This document shows positions 39,525-48,788 of a stretch of 64,000 nucleotides of DNA, in pieces (within the stretch, counting starts at the first letter, position 1; each line of letters opens with the position of its first letter). This DNA is from an uncultured delta proteobacterium (GTDB lineage: Bacteria; Desulfobacterota; Binatia; UBA9968), in the NCBI GenBank assembly GCA_963771465.1, contig CAVYTU010000016.1:125317-189316 (forward strand). The letters run 5' to 3'. Both the position numbers and the translations under genes were made by a program. The notes beneath the pieces were generated by a model, which ran no database searches, was not told the origin of the DNA, and was given only the letters and a program-made list of their open reading frames with translations.

Positions 39525-40769
39525 ATGGCTGACTACATCAAGGAACATTACGATTTTCCCCTGACGGCGAAGAGCGAAAACAAACCGCTTAAGGGTGTGC
39601 GCGTGATCGACGCCGGCAATATGGTGGCGGCGCCCTTCGCAACCGTCCTGCTCGCCGATTTCGGCGCCGAGGTGATCAAAATCGAGCATCCGAAATACGG
39701 CGACGGCCAACGCAAGCTCGAGCCGATCATGAACGGCATCCCGCTGTGGTGGAAGTCAGTGTCGCGCAATAAGCGCTGCATCACCCTCGATCTCGGCAAG
39801 CCGGAAGGCGCTGAGATATTTAAGCAGGTCGTCAAAGGCCAGGACGTCATCGTGGAAAATTATCGACCCGGGACGTTTGAGAAATGGGGCATCGGTCCCG
39901 ATGTGATTCGCGCCATCGATCCGCGCATCATTATGCTGCGCATCTCCGGCTTCGGCCAGACCGGGCCATATAGAAATCGCGCCGGTTTTGGCCGTGTCGC
40001 CGAGGCGATGAGCGGGCTGACCAATTTGATCGGCGAGCCTGATGGGCCGCCGATGTCGCCTGGCTATCCGCTCGGCGATCTGATCGCCGGGATATTCGGG
40101 TCGCTGTCGATCATGATGGCGCTCTATCACCGCGATCAGCGCGGCGGCGAGGGACAGGTCATCGATCTGGCGCTGTTCGAGGCGGTGTTTCGCTTTTTAG
40201 ATTTTGACCCGATCCAATACGATCAGATGAAGCTCGTGCATAAGCGCACCGGCAACCGGGTTGCTTACGTCGCGCCGAGCTCCATGTTCAAAACCAAGGA
40301 CGGCAAGTATTTAACTCTGGCCGCGAGCACGCAGAGCGTTTGGCTACGGCTGGCCGAAGCGATCGGGCGCAAAGATATGACCACCGATCCAAAGTTTATC
40401 GACAATTCCGCGCGGGTGGAAAACTCAGTCGAGTGCAACGGTGTCGTCGGCGCCTGGATCGAACAGCATACGCGCGACGAAGTGATCGAGCACTTCGACA
40501 AGCATGGCGTGGCTTACTCCGCCGTCTTCGACATGGAAGACGCCTTCCGCGATATTCAATACCGCGCCCGCGAAGCGATGGTGCGAGTGCCCGATCCCGA
40601 TCTCGGCGAAGCGATCGTGCAAAATGTCGTACCGAAGTTTTCCACTACCCCAGGTTCGGTCGACTTTCTCGGCCGCAAGTTGGGCGAAGACAACGAAGCG
40701 ATCTACTGCGGCGAGTTGGGACTCTCCAAGGAGAAACTTCAGGAGCTCAAAGCCGCTGGGATTATTTAA
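39525..40769 (+). CDS. Class III CoA-transferase (formyl-CoA transferase-like)
   Basis: LADFGAEVIKIE, RNKR, ENYRPG, SGFGQTGPY and PLGDLIAG (catalytic Asp). Confidence 0.93.
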   Translation: MADYIKEHYDFPLTAKSENKPLKGVRVIDAGNMVAAPFATVLLADFGAEVIKIEHPKYGDGQRKLEPIMNGIPLWWKSVSRNKRCITLDLGKPEGAEIFKQVVKGQDVIVENYRPGTFEKWGIGPDVIRAIDPRIIMLRISGFGQTGPYRNRAGFGRVAEAMSGLTNLIGEPDGPPMSPGYPLGDLIAGIFGSLSIMMALYHRDQRGGEGQVIDLALFEAVFRFLDFDPIQYDQMKLVHKRTGNRVAYVAPSSMFKTKDGKYLTLAASTQSVWLRLAEAIGRKDMTTDPKFIDNSARVENSVECNGVVGAWIEQHTRDEVIEHFDKHGVAYSAVFDMEDAFRDIQYRAREAMVRVPDPDLGEAIVQNVVPKFSTTPGSVDFLGRKLGEDNEAIYCGELGLSKEKLQELKAAGII

Positions 40770-40927
40770 CCCTTCGGTCTCATTGGGATTATTCTCGTCA
40801 AGCTCACGGTGCGGCGGAACGAGCCGAATCGGCTGGCCCGGATCATTCGCGGTGAAACAGCGATCGAGGCGTAACCCTTCCGGAACGAAGGCAAAGCAGT
40901 TGTACCTTGAACATGCGAACGGGACAG

Positions 40928-40948
40928 GTTGCTGATGACATCAGCAAC
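40928..40948. promoter_or_regulatory. Perfect 21-bp palindrome, candidate operator
   Basis: GTTGCTGATG-A-CATCAGCAAC in the intergenic region upstream of the SBP at 41136. Confidence 0.5.
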
Positions 40949-41135
40949 GAAAAGGTTGACTCTTGTGCGAACGCCGTAAACAAAAATGATACATTCGCGC
41001 CGGTGCCTTCGTTCCTCCAGGGTCACACTTCGATCGACGCACTGTCATTCATTTTCCTCGTAATCCCGGCTAACACTTTCTCGCATCGACCTCGCTGCTT
41101 TTGACTCCCGCGCAATCTCCAGATAGGACAAGCGA

Positions 41136-42128
41136 ATGCGTAGTTGGCTTGCGATAGCGATTGTCGCTCTTTCGTTCGGATCGCTCGGTGCTCAGGAGAA
41201 AAAACTCGAGCGCTTCTTTCTTTCCAATTCCACGCTTTCCGAAAGCCGCGCGCCGCTCTATATCGCTCAGGATCTAAAGCTCTTTGAAAAACACGGCCTT
41301 GGCGCTGAGATCGTCAACATCCGCGGCTCGGCGATCAACAACGCGTCGCTGATGGCGGGTGAGATTCAGATGGCGGTCGCCAACGGCACCATCGCCGTCA
41401 CCGCGGCGGCGCGCGGCGCGCCGGTCGTGATCGTCGCGACCATCGGGCCGACACGCTACAGTTTAGTTTCACGCGCGCTGACTTCCGCGTCACAGTTAAA
41501 AGGCAAGACCATCGGTATCGGCGGTTTCGGCATCGGTGACTATTTCGTGGTCAAACGGCTGCTGCCCAAGCTCGGGTTCAATGCCGAAAAAGACGTGACC
41601 CTGTTGCCGACGGGAACTACGTCGTCCTTCGAGCGCATCAACATGATGCTCAGCGGCAAAGCGGACGCGGTGATGGCGACCCGAAGCAATATCGATCGGG
41701 TCGAGCAGCGCGGCGTGAAGCTCAATATTCTTGCCGGCACGGAAGAACTCGGCGTCGAGGTGTCGGGCGGCGATTTTTTCGTCACGCGGGATTTTTTGCG
41801 AACTAAGCCGCAGCAAGTAAAAGCGGTGTTCCGCGCCTTCGGCGAAGCGGTGCGTATCGGCCGGGAGAATCGTGAAGTGTTTCACCGCGCCATTCGCCGT
41901 TATATGAGAGAGGATAACGCCAAGTTGATCGACAAGTTCTATGACGGCCATTATTACTTCGCGGCAAAACCGCGCACGATGTTTCCCTTGGAAGCAGCGC
42001 TGGATTTGGATATCAAAGACATGCAGGCGAGCATCGCCGAGCTGAAAGGTAAGCGCGCGGCTAATTTTATCGACACGACGGCGCTGCGCGAAGTGGAGAA
42101 GGAAGGGTTTTTTGCTTGGGCGAAATGA
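41136..42128 (+). CDS. NMT1/SsuA-like substrate-binding protein
   Basis: Signal peptide; PLYIAQDLKLFEKHGL, LKGKTIG and EVEKEGF motifs. Confidence 0.9.
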   Translation: MRSWLAIAIVALSFGSLGAQEKKLERFFLSNSTLSESRAPLYIAQDLKLFEKHGLGAEIVNIRGSAINNASLMAGEIQMAVANGTIAVTAAARGAPVVIVATIGPTRYSLVSRALTSASQLKGKTIGIGGFGIGDYFVVKRLLPKLGFNAEKDVTLLPTGTTSSFERINMMLSGKADAVMATRSNIDRVEQRGVKLNILAGTEELGVEVSGGDFFVTRDFLRTKPQQVKAVFRAFGEAVRIGRENREVFHRAIRRYMREDNAKLIDKFYDGHYYFAAKPRTMFPLEAALDLDIKDMQASIAELKGKRAANFIDTTALREVEKEGFFAWAK

Positions 42129-42268
42129 CAGTCGGAACTCTCTTCATCTTTAAGTGTGGGAGGTCCATTCGCTACGAAGGAGCCGAAGGCGATAGTTAAT
42201 TGACAGTAACTGTTGACTGAAGTTAATCTCGCCTGCGTATATATCGTGTCTGCAAACGCAGGATACTT

Positions 42269-43306
42269 ATGTCCTCGAAAAAACGGCTCTACATCGGCAC
42301 GGACTCCGGTCTGACCTTGATGACTCAGGAGGTCTTTGGCTGGGATCATTATCAAGACGTATTGGCGGGCAAATTTGTCCGCGCGATGACCAGCGTGCGC
42401 GGCAAAAATGCCGCGTATGCGTGCGTTACTCGCGAAGGTTTGTATGCGACCTGGGACGGCGGCGAGTCCTGGCGACTGGCGCTGCCCGGCAATGTTCATT
42501 CGGTGGGGGTCGATCCCAACGATTCGCAAGTTGTTTATGCCGGCACCGAGCCGGTGAGTTTATTTCGGTCGCCCGACGGCGGTCATAGTTGGGCGGAATT
42601 AAGCGCGCTGAAGAATCAGCCGGAGAGCGTCAAAGAGAAATGGTGGTTTCCGCAATATCCTCATGAAAGCCACGTGCTATCGATTTATGTCGACGGGCGT
42701 GACCCGCGGGTGCTGTGCGTTGGTCTCGAACATGGCGGTATCCTGCGTTCCACCGACAGCGGCGCCCACTGGAAAGATATTTCTCAAGGCATCGAGTATA
42801 TCGACATTCACGCGGTCAAAGGCGATCCCGATCAGGCAGATCTCTACTACGCCGCGACGGCACGCGGCTTTTACCGCAGTGATCAATGTGGCCGCAATTG
42901 GCTGTTTTCCGAGCGCGGCGTCAATCGCAGCTACTTCCACGATCTAGTGGTGCTTCCCGGCGAACCGCCGGCTTTGTTTCTCACCACTGCCAATGGCACG
43001 CCGCCGGCGTGGATACGCAAAGAGAAAGCGCAGTCGGCAATCTTTCGCAGCTTGGATCACGGCGCGAGCTGGCAGCAATTGAGCGGCGGCTTGCCGGTGA
43101 GCATGGAGCGAATGATTTGGAATCTCGCCGTCGATCCGGACGATCCCGATCATCTTTACGCTGGCACCGGCGAGGCGCAAGGGCAGCGATCTGAGAATGT
43201 TTCGAGCCGAGGCGCCGTGTGGCTGAGCGCGGATCGCGGTGAGCATTGGCGGATAATTTACGAGGGGCCGAATACGATTCGCTCGGTGGCGGTGGGAGTG
43301 GCGTGA
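42269..43306 (+). CDS. BNR/Asp-box beta-propeller protein (WD40/YVTN-like), no signal peptide
   Basis: Repeated SxDGGxSW Asp boxes (TWDGGESW, SPDGGHSW, STDSGAHW, SLDHGASW, SADRGEHW). Confidence 0.88.
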   Translation: MSSKKRLYIGTDSGLTLMTQEVFGWDHYQDVLAGKFVRAMTSVRGKNAAYACVTREGLYATWDGGESWRLALPGNVHSVGVDPNDSQVVYAGTEPVSLFRSPDGGHSWAELSALKNQPESVKEKWWFPQYPHESHVLSIYVDGRDPRVLCVGLEHGGILRSTDSGAHWKDISQGIEYIDIHAVKGDPDQADLYYAATARGFYRSDQCGRNWLFSERGVNRSYFHDLVVLPGEPPALFLTTANGTPPAWIRKEKAQSAIFRSLDHGASWQQLSGGLPVSMERMIWNLAVDPDDPDHLYAGTGEAQGQRSENVSSRGAVWLSADRGEHWRIIYEGPNTIRSVAVGVA

Positions 43307-43396
43307 GGCGGCGGCCAGCTTACCCATTTACATTGACGTGGCTGCTTATTGTAAGTGATATGATAGTGAACGCGTCCCAGCGCGACAATTTAAAGC

Positions 43397-44254
43397 ATGA
43401 GTTTCGGCGCAATCAGCAGTGAGCCTTGGCAACCGCTGGCGGACGATCAATTGAGCTGGTTTCGCGCCGAGCAAAAACTATTTTTGCAGCCGCGGCCGTT
43501 GGAATACAGCTTGGAGATCTACGCCGTGGTGTTCGGCTTGACCTATGCGTTAGAGAGCGTTGAATTTCCGCTCTACGCGGTGCGCTCGCGCTTGATTAAT
43601 GGCCGGGTTTATCTGGCGGCGGTGCCGTCGGCGATGGCGGAAGCTAATCTATCGCAGCGCTTGGCCAACATTCATGACCAGAGCCTGCGTTACACGCGCA
43701 ATGTTCAACGCGTCTGGGAACAGCAGATCAAGCCGGAAGTGGAGCGGTACAATCGCTGGTTCGAGGAGCTGCAAAATTTTGCCGGTGCGTCGGTGGAGCT
43801 TGCCGAATTGGTGCGCCAGCTCAGACGCGCGCGCGCGAACCAGTGGTTCGCCGTCATACGCGGTGTTCTGGTGCCGCGTTTGCTGTTGGAGCAAAACGTT
43901 GCGCAACTGAACGCGGAGACCGCTGCCAGCGCCGGCAAAATTTCCAAGGAGGCGATGGCGTTGACCGGGCGGCGCGGCGGCGAGCTAATCACAACAGCGT
44001 TGATCAAAGCCGGCGAGCGATTGGCCCAGGCCGACGCCATCGCCAAAGCGGAAGACGTATTTTGGCTGGAGTGGAGCGAGCTGCGCGACTTGCTGCGCTG
44101 CAACGAGAATCGTCGTGAGCTGATCGGTCAGCGGCAAAGAGCGGCTTCTAGCGACTCGAATGTGGCGGCGGTGGATTCCTTGGGTCCGCCGCTGGCGGCG
44201 GACGCGCCGCGCATGTATTTGCTTAGAGAAGTTTTGCAACTGTTGGATGAGTGA
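43397..44254 (+). CDS. Hypothetical protein resembling the central helical domain of PEP-utilizing/rifampin-phosphotransferase-type enzymes
   Basis: RSRLINGRVY and AGERLAQADAIAKAEDVFWLEWSELRDLL; no His swivel domain or ATP-grasp domain. Confidence 0.6.
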   Translation: MSFGAISSEPWQPLADDQLSWFRAEQKLFLQPRPLEYSLEIYAVVFGLTYALESVEFPLYAVRSRLINGRVYLAAVPSAMAEANLSQRLANIHDQSLRYTRNVQRVWEQQIKPEVERYNRWFEELQNFAGASVELAELVRQLRRARANQWFAVIRGVLVPRLLLEQNVAQLNAETAASAGKISKEAMALTGRRGGELITTALIKAGERLAQADAIAKAEDVFWLEWSELRDLLRCNENRRELIGQRQRAASSDSNVAAVDSLGPPLAADAPRMYLLREVLQLLDE

Positions 44255-44315
44255 CGCAGTAACCCTGCAGCTTGCGCCGACTGGCGCAATTCAGCCACAA
44301 GAGAATTGGCACCTG

Positions 44316-45440
44316 ATGCAACAGAGATGGCACAGCAGAGAGGCGTTTAACGCCGCGATCATTATTCGCTTCAGATCAAACGCGGTAATCGCGCTTGTCA
44401 TCGACGAGTATGGGTGGCGAGCCGATTCCGTCATTCCGGCGAAAGTTGGAATCCATGGATGGAGCAGAGCGGCAACGTTCGCGTTAGTGCTTCTTCTGCT
44501 GCTGCCAGTCCCGCTTCGCGCCGAAAAAATCCGCACCGTCGTGCCGCAGTCGAGTCTCAATTATCTTTCGGTTTACGTTGCCGAGAGCAAAGGGTACTTC
44601 CAGCGCGAAGGCTTCGATCACGAGACTTTGGTTTTGGCCGGTCCGGTCGCCGCAGCGGCTTTGGTGAGCGGTAACGTCGATTTTGGCGGCGGCGGGGGTA
44701 GCGCCATGCGCGCCGCGGCGAGCGGCGCGCCGCTAAAAGCGATTTTCTTCCAGACCGACAAGGTGACCTCCTACCTGGTGACCGATCCGAGCATCGCAAA
44801 AGCTGCCGACCTCAAGGGAAAAAAAGTTGGCGTGGGCGGCATCGGGTCGAGCCAGGACCGGATGATCCTCGCCTACGTCGAACAAGCCGGACTGGCCGCG
44901 AGCGATATCATCCGCATCAATATGGGAGCCGACGCCAGCCGGCGCATCCTCGCGATCAAGCAAGGAGCGATCAACGCAACCATACTCGATCCGGGCACGC
45001 TGATCTTCGCGGAGCGTGAAGGATTGCGCACACTGGCGTTCCTGGGCGATTTGTTTCCTTTCCCGTTTCAGGCTTTTGCCACCACCGACAAAAAATTGCT
45101 TGAGAATCCCGAGCAGGTGAAACGCTGGTTGCGCGCGATGGTTCAAGCGTTGATGGAAATCCGCGACAATGTCGACGCCGCGGCCGATGTCGCGCTTAAA
45201 CGGCTGCGGATTGGCAGTGTTTCCCGACCGGCGCTGATCGAGGCGATCAAACGCTACAACCGAGCCGTGTCGCCCGGCGTGCCCGGGATTCCATCCGCCG
45301 AGGGAATCAAGAACATCATCGAGTACGAGATTAAACTACCGCTGAAGATTGAAGGCGAATTGGCGGTTGAAAAGGTGATGAACCTCAGAATGATCCAACA
45401 AGTAAAAGCCGAGCTGGAGAAGAAGAAAGGTTTGCGCTGA
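44316..45440 (+). CDS. NMT1/SsuA-like substrate-binding protein (start uncertain)
   Basis: FALVLLLLLPVPLRA signal; VAESKGYFQREG and DLKGKKVGV motifs; a REP-like sequence at 44429-44455 overlaps the 5' end. Confidence 0.85.
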   Translation: MQQRWHSREAFNAAIIIRFRSNAVIALVIDEYGWRADSVIPAKVGIHGWSRAATFALVLLLLLPVPLRAEKIRTVVPQSSLNYLSVYVAESKGYFQREGFDHETLVLAGPVAAAALVSGNVDFGGGGGSAMRAAASGAPLKAIFFQTDKVTSYLVTDPSIAKAADLKGKKVGVGGIGSSQDRMILAYVEQAGLAASDIIRINMGADASRRILAIKQGAINATILDPGTLIFAEREGLRTLAFLGDLFPFPFQAFATTDKKLLENPEQVKRWLRAMVQALMEIRDNVDAAADVALKRLRIGSVSRPALIEAIKRYNRAVSPGVPGIPSAEGIKNIIEYEIKLPLKIEGELAVEKVMNLRMIQQVKAELEKKKGLR

Positions 45441-45454
45441 AGGTTTAAATTATC

Positions 45455-46438
45455 ATGATGACGAAACTTGAGCCGCCGCAGATCCGAGCCACGACTGGCT
45501 TGGAGCTTGCGACGGGAATTTTTGCCAAATGTTCGGATGGGCTGGCCAAACAGCTAAACATTTCACTGACCGCCGGTAAGCGGGAGAGTGGCACCAACGA
45601 ATTTCGCATCGGCATCAACGGCGATATTTACGGCGGCCTGCTGGCGCCGGTCGAAGTCGGCACGCGCAAGGTTGATATCGCGTACATCAATCCGTCGGCG
45701 ATGGTGGCGATGGCTTATCTGGGTAAGGGGATTTACCAGGATAAGCTGCCTCTGCGAGTGCTCGGATGCTTCCCTTCATGGGACCGCATCGCATTAGTGG
45801 TTGATAAAAGTCTCGGCGTGAGATCGCTTTACGATGTCGTCCAGCGTAAGATTCCGTTGCATGTATCGACGCGATTCTCCGGCGTCAACAATGCGACTTA
45901 TTATACTATCGCGACGATTCTTTCGCTTTACGGGTTGAGCTTCGAACAGATCAAGAAGTGGGGCGGGCAGGTGCAAGAGTGCGGCCGGCCGTTCGCACCG
46001 GAGCGCATGAAGGCGCTCGCCAAGCGGTCGATCAACGCCGTATTCGACGAAGGCGTGAGCACCATCGGCGGCTGGCTCGATCTGGCGCTCGACAATGGCT
46101 ATGAGATCATTCCGATCGAACCGGCCATCGTTAGAAAGCTAGAGCAGCTGGGTTACTCCAGAACCGTGCTACCGAAGAAACGTTACCGGCAACTAAAAGA
46201 CGACGCGCTGACCATCGATTTTAGCGGTTGGGCGCTGGTGACGCACAAGTGGCTGCCCAACAACATCGCTTACGCGGCGATCGAAACCATCGACGAGAAG
46301 AAAAAAATGATTCCCGTCGACGACGACCGGCCGATCAACATGCGCGAGTTGTGTAATGGCTCAGAAAAATGTCCGCTGCGCGTGCCGCTCCATCCCGGGG
46401 CGGCGAAGTATTATCGGGAGAAGGGGTATTTGAAATAA
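45455..46438 (+). CDS. TAXI-family TRAP binding-fold protein, no signal peptide
   Basis: LPLRVLG..PSWD, ILSLYGLSF and C-terminal PLHPGAAKYYREKG motifs. Confidence 0.85.
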   Translation: MMTKLEPPQIRATTGLELATGIFAKCSDGLAKQLNISLTAGKRESGTNEFRIGINGDIYGGLLAPVEVGTRKVDIAYINPSAMVAMAYLGKGIYQDKLPLRVLGCFPSWDRIALVVDKSLGVRSLYDVVQRKIPLHVSTRFSGVNNATYYTIATILSLYGLSFEQIKKWGGQVQECGRPFAPERMKALAKRSINAVFDEGVSTIGGWLDLALDNGYEIIPIEPAIVRKLEQLGYSRTVLPKKRYRQLKDDALTIDFSGWALVTHKWLPNNIAYAAIETIDEKKKMIPVDDDRPINMRELCNGSEKCPLRVPLHPGAAKYYREKGYLK

Positions 46439-46503
46439 CCGTGTTCGTGCTCGTGTTTCGTGTTAGGCATTCAACGAGCATGGGTCACGAACACGATCAC
46501 GAA
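46439..46503. repeat. Inverted repeat with 6-bp-period TCGTG/CACGA arms
   Basis: CCGTGT TCGTGC TCGTGT TTCGTGT ... ACGAGCATGGGT CACGAA CACGAT CACGAA; a related motif lies at 6670-6707. Confidence 0.75.
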
Positions 46504-46523
46504 AGTATTTTTTGGAGGTCAAC

Positions 46524-48743
46524 ATGAGCTATCAGGTCGTCGGTCATTCGAGTCCACGGGTCGATAATACCGGCAAAGTCACGGGCGAGGCGCGTTATAC
46601 CGCGGATGTGTTCCTGCCCGGCACCTTGTGGGCGAAAACATTGCGCAGTCCGTATTCACATGCGCGCATTAAGAGCATGGACACTGGGCGCGCGGCCAAG
46701 GCACCGGGAGTGCGCGCGGTGCTGACCGGCAACGACGTGCGCGGCATTATTTATGGCCGGCGTTATTGCGACATTTCCGTGCTGGCGCAGGACAAGGTGC
46801 GCTTCATGGGCGAGCGTGTCGCGGCGATCGCGGCGGATACTTTGGAACAAGCCGAGCATGCGCTGGAACTGATTCAAGTCGACTACGAAGAGCTGCCGGC
46901 GGTGTTCGACCCGATCACGGCGATGCAAGAGGGAGCGCCGATCATTCATCCTGACTTGAACAGCTACAAAGGGCTGCCGGAAAAATTCGCCGGGCCGACC
47001 AATCAGTTCGTGCGCAATCTTTTCACCCGCGGCGATGTGGCGGTGGGGTTCGCCGAGTCCGATCTCATCGTCGAAAATACTTTCACCGTGCCGCGCGTGC
47101 ATCAGGCGTTTCTCGAACCGCACTGCTGTCTGGTTTGGATCGACGAGCATGAACGGATTCAAATGTGGTCGCCGTGCAAAGTGCCCCAGGGGCTCAAAGA
47201 GAGCATGTCCGAGGCGTTCGGTATTCCCAAAGAAAAAATCCGCGTCAATCCGGTGGCGATCGGCGGTGACTTCGGCGGCAAAGGCGCGCCCTTCGACGAG
47301 CCGATCTGTCTGATGCTGGCGCAGCGTACCGGCCGGCCGGTAAAAATGGTGATGGAATATCGCGAGGAATTTATCGCTGGCGCGCCGCGCCACGGCGGCG
47401 TGATTCGGCTTAAGACCGGCGTCAAGCGCGACGGCACGATTGTCGCCCATGAGATGGAAGCTTTTCTCGACGCCGGCGCTTACGGCGGATTTCGTCCGGG
47501 CGCCGTGGTCGGCGGTATCGCACACGGCGCCGGCTGCTATCGCGCCGAGCACGCGCGCATTTCCACGTCCCGCGTCTATACCAACAATCTGCCGGGCGGC
47601 CAGATGCGCGCGCCGGGGGAGCCGCAAGGATTCTTCGCGGCGGAATCGCACATCGATTGTGTCGCGCGCAAAGTTGGCATGGACCCGGCGGCATTTCGCT
47701 TGAAGAATCTAATGCAAGAGGGCGATATCACGCTCACCGGCGGACACTACAAAGCTATCCGAGCCAAAGAGACGCTCACCGCGGCGATGAAGGCGGCGGG
47801 TTACGATGCGCCCAAAGCAAAGAACGTTGGCCGCGGTGTTGCCATGGGCTATCGCGGACCGGGGGGCGGAAATACCGCGCTGAAAATTTCTCTCAACATG
47901 GACGGTTCGATCGTGATTCACACCGGCCTGTTCGAGCAAGGCACCGGCACTTACACCACGATGAGGCAAATCACGGCGGAAGAACTTTCCTGCACGCCAG
48001 AGGAAATTACGATCGACACGCTGGACACCGATGACGGCGCGTCGTTCGATTCCGGTATCGGCGGCAGCCGTGGCACGCGGGTCGCCAGCGGCGCGGCTTA
48101 TACCGCGGCGTGCGACGCGCGGGAAAAGCTATTCGCGCTGGCGGAAAAACTATTAAGGTGGGCGAAGGCGGACATCGCGTTGGCGGGCGGCGAATTACTC
48201 AATAAGAAAACTAATAAACGCATGCGCTGGGACGAATTGCTCACGGGCGTCGGCCGCGCCATCCACGGTGAAGCGGTCAATCGCGATGACGATCATTCGC
48301 CGGTCACCTCCTTCGCGGCTCAGGTTGCCGAAGTTGCTGTCGACCCACAGACCGGCGCGGTGACGCTTAGAAAATTAACTAGCGCGCATGATACCGGTGT
48401 GATCATGAATCCGGTCGGTCATCAAGGACAGATCGACGGCGGCGTCGTACAAGGCGTCGGCTACGGCTTGATCGAATACTTGCCGGTGCAAGACGGCAAA
48501 GTCGAAGTGGCGCACTTCGGCGAATATAAAATCCCCACGGTCAGAGATATCCCGCCGCTCAAAACCGTGCTCTTGCCGAGCGAAAACGGCCTCGGTCCAT
48601 ACAAAGTCAAAGGCATCGGCGAAAATCCGATCTCGCCGGTGGCGCCGGCGATCGCCAACGCCATCGAAGACGCGGTCGGTGTGCGCATACGCGATCTGCC
48701 GGTCACGGCGGAGAAGGTTTACGCGGCGCTGCGCGCTAAGTGA
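46524..48743 (+). CDS. Xanthine dehydrogenase family molybdopterin-binding (large) subunit
   Basis: KVTGEARY, LRSPYSHARI, GGDFGGK, MRAPG, GQIDGG and KGIGE motifs; GGAGG RBS. Confidence 0.93.
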   Translation: MSYQVVGHSSPRVDNTGKVTGEARYTADVFLPGTLWAKTLRSPYSHARIKSMDTGRAAKAPGVRAVLTGNDVRGIIYGRRYCDISVLAQDKVRFMGERVAAIAADTLEQAEHALELIQVDYEELPAVFDPITAMQEGAPIIHPDLNSYKGLPEKFAGPTNQFVRNLFTRGDVAVGFAESDLIVENTFTVPRVHQAFLEPHCCLVWIDEHERIQMWSPCKVPQGLKESMSEAFGIPKEKIRVNPVAIGGDFGGKGAPFDEPICLMLAQRTGRPVKMVMEYREEFIAGAPRHGGVIRLKTGVKRDGTIVAHEMEAFLDAGAYGGFRPGAVVGGIAHGAGCYRAEHARISTSRVYTNNLPGGQMRAPGEPQGFFAAESHIDCVARKVGMDPAAFRLKNLMQEGDITLTGGHYKAIRAKETLTAAMKAAGYDAPKAKNVGRGVAMGYRGPGGGNTALKISLNMDGSIVIHTGLFEQGTGTYTTMRQITAEELSCTPEEITIDTLDTDDGASFDSGIGGSRGTRVASGAAYTAACDAREKLFALAEKLLRWAKADIALAGGELLNKKTNKRMRWDELLTGVGRAIHGEAVNRDDDHSPVTSFAAQVAEVAVDPQTGAVTLRKLTSAHDTGVIMNPVGHQGQIDGGVVQGVGYGLIEYLPVQDGKVEVAHFGEYKIPTVRDIPPLKTVLLPSENGLGPYKVKGIGENPISPVAPAIANAIEDAVGVRIRDLPVTAEKVYAALRAK

Positions 48744-48788
48744 GCCAGTCAGAAGTCATGACGACTTACTGCGTTTAACGGAGACGTA

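Noticed and set aside
46524-48743. Form I CO dehydrogenase CoxL
   Set aside because: There is no AYxCSFR motif (GGQMRAPG instead), and no coxM/S genes are adjacent.
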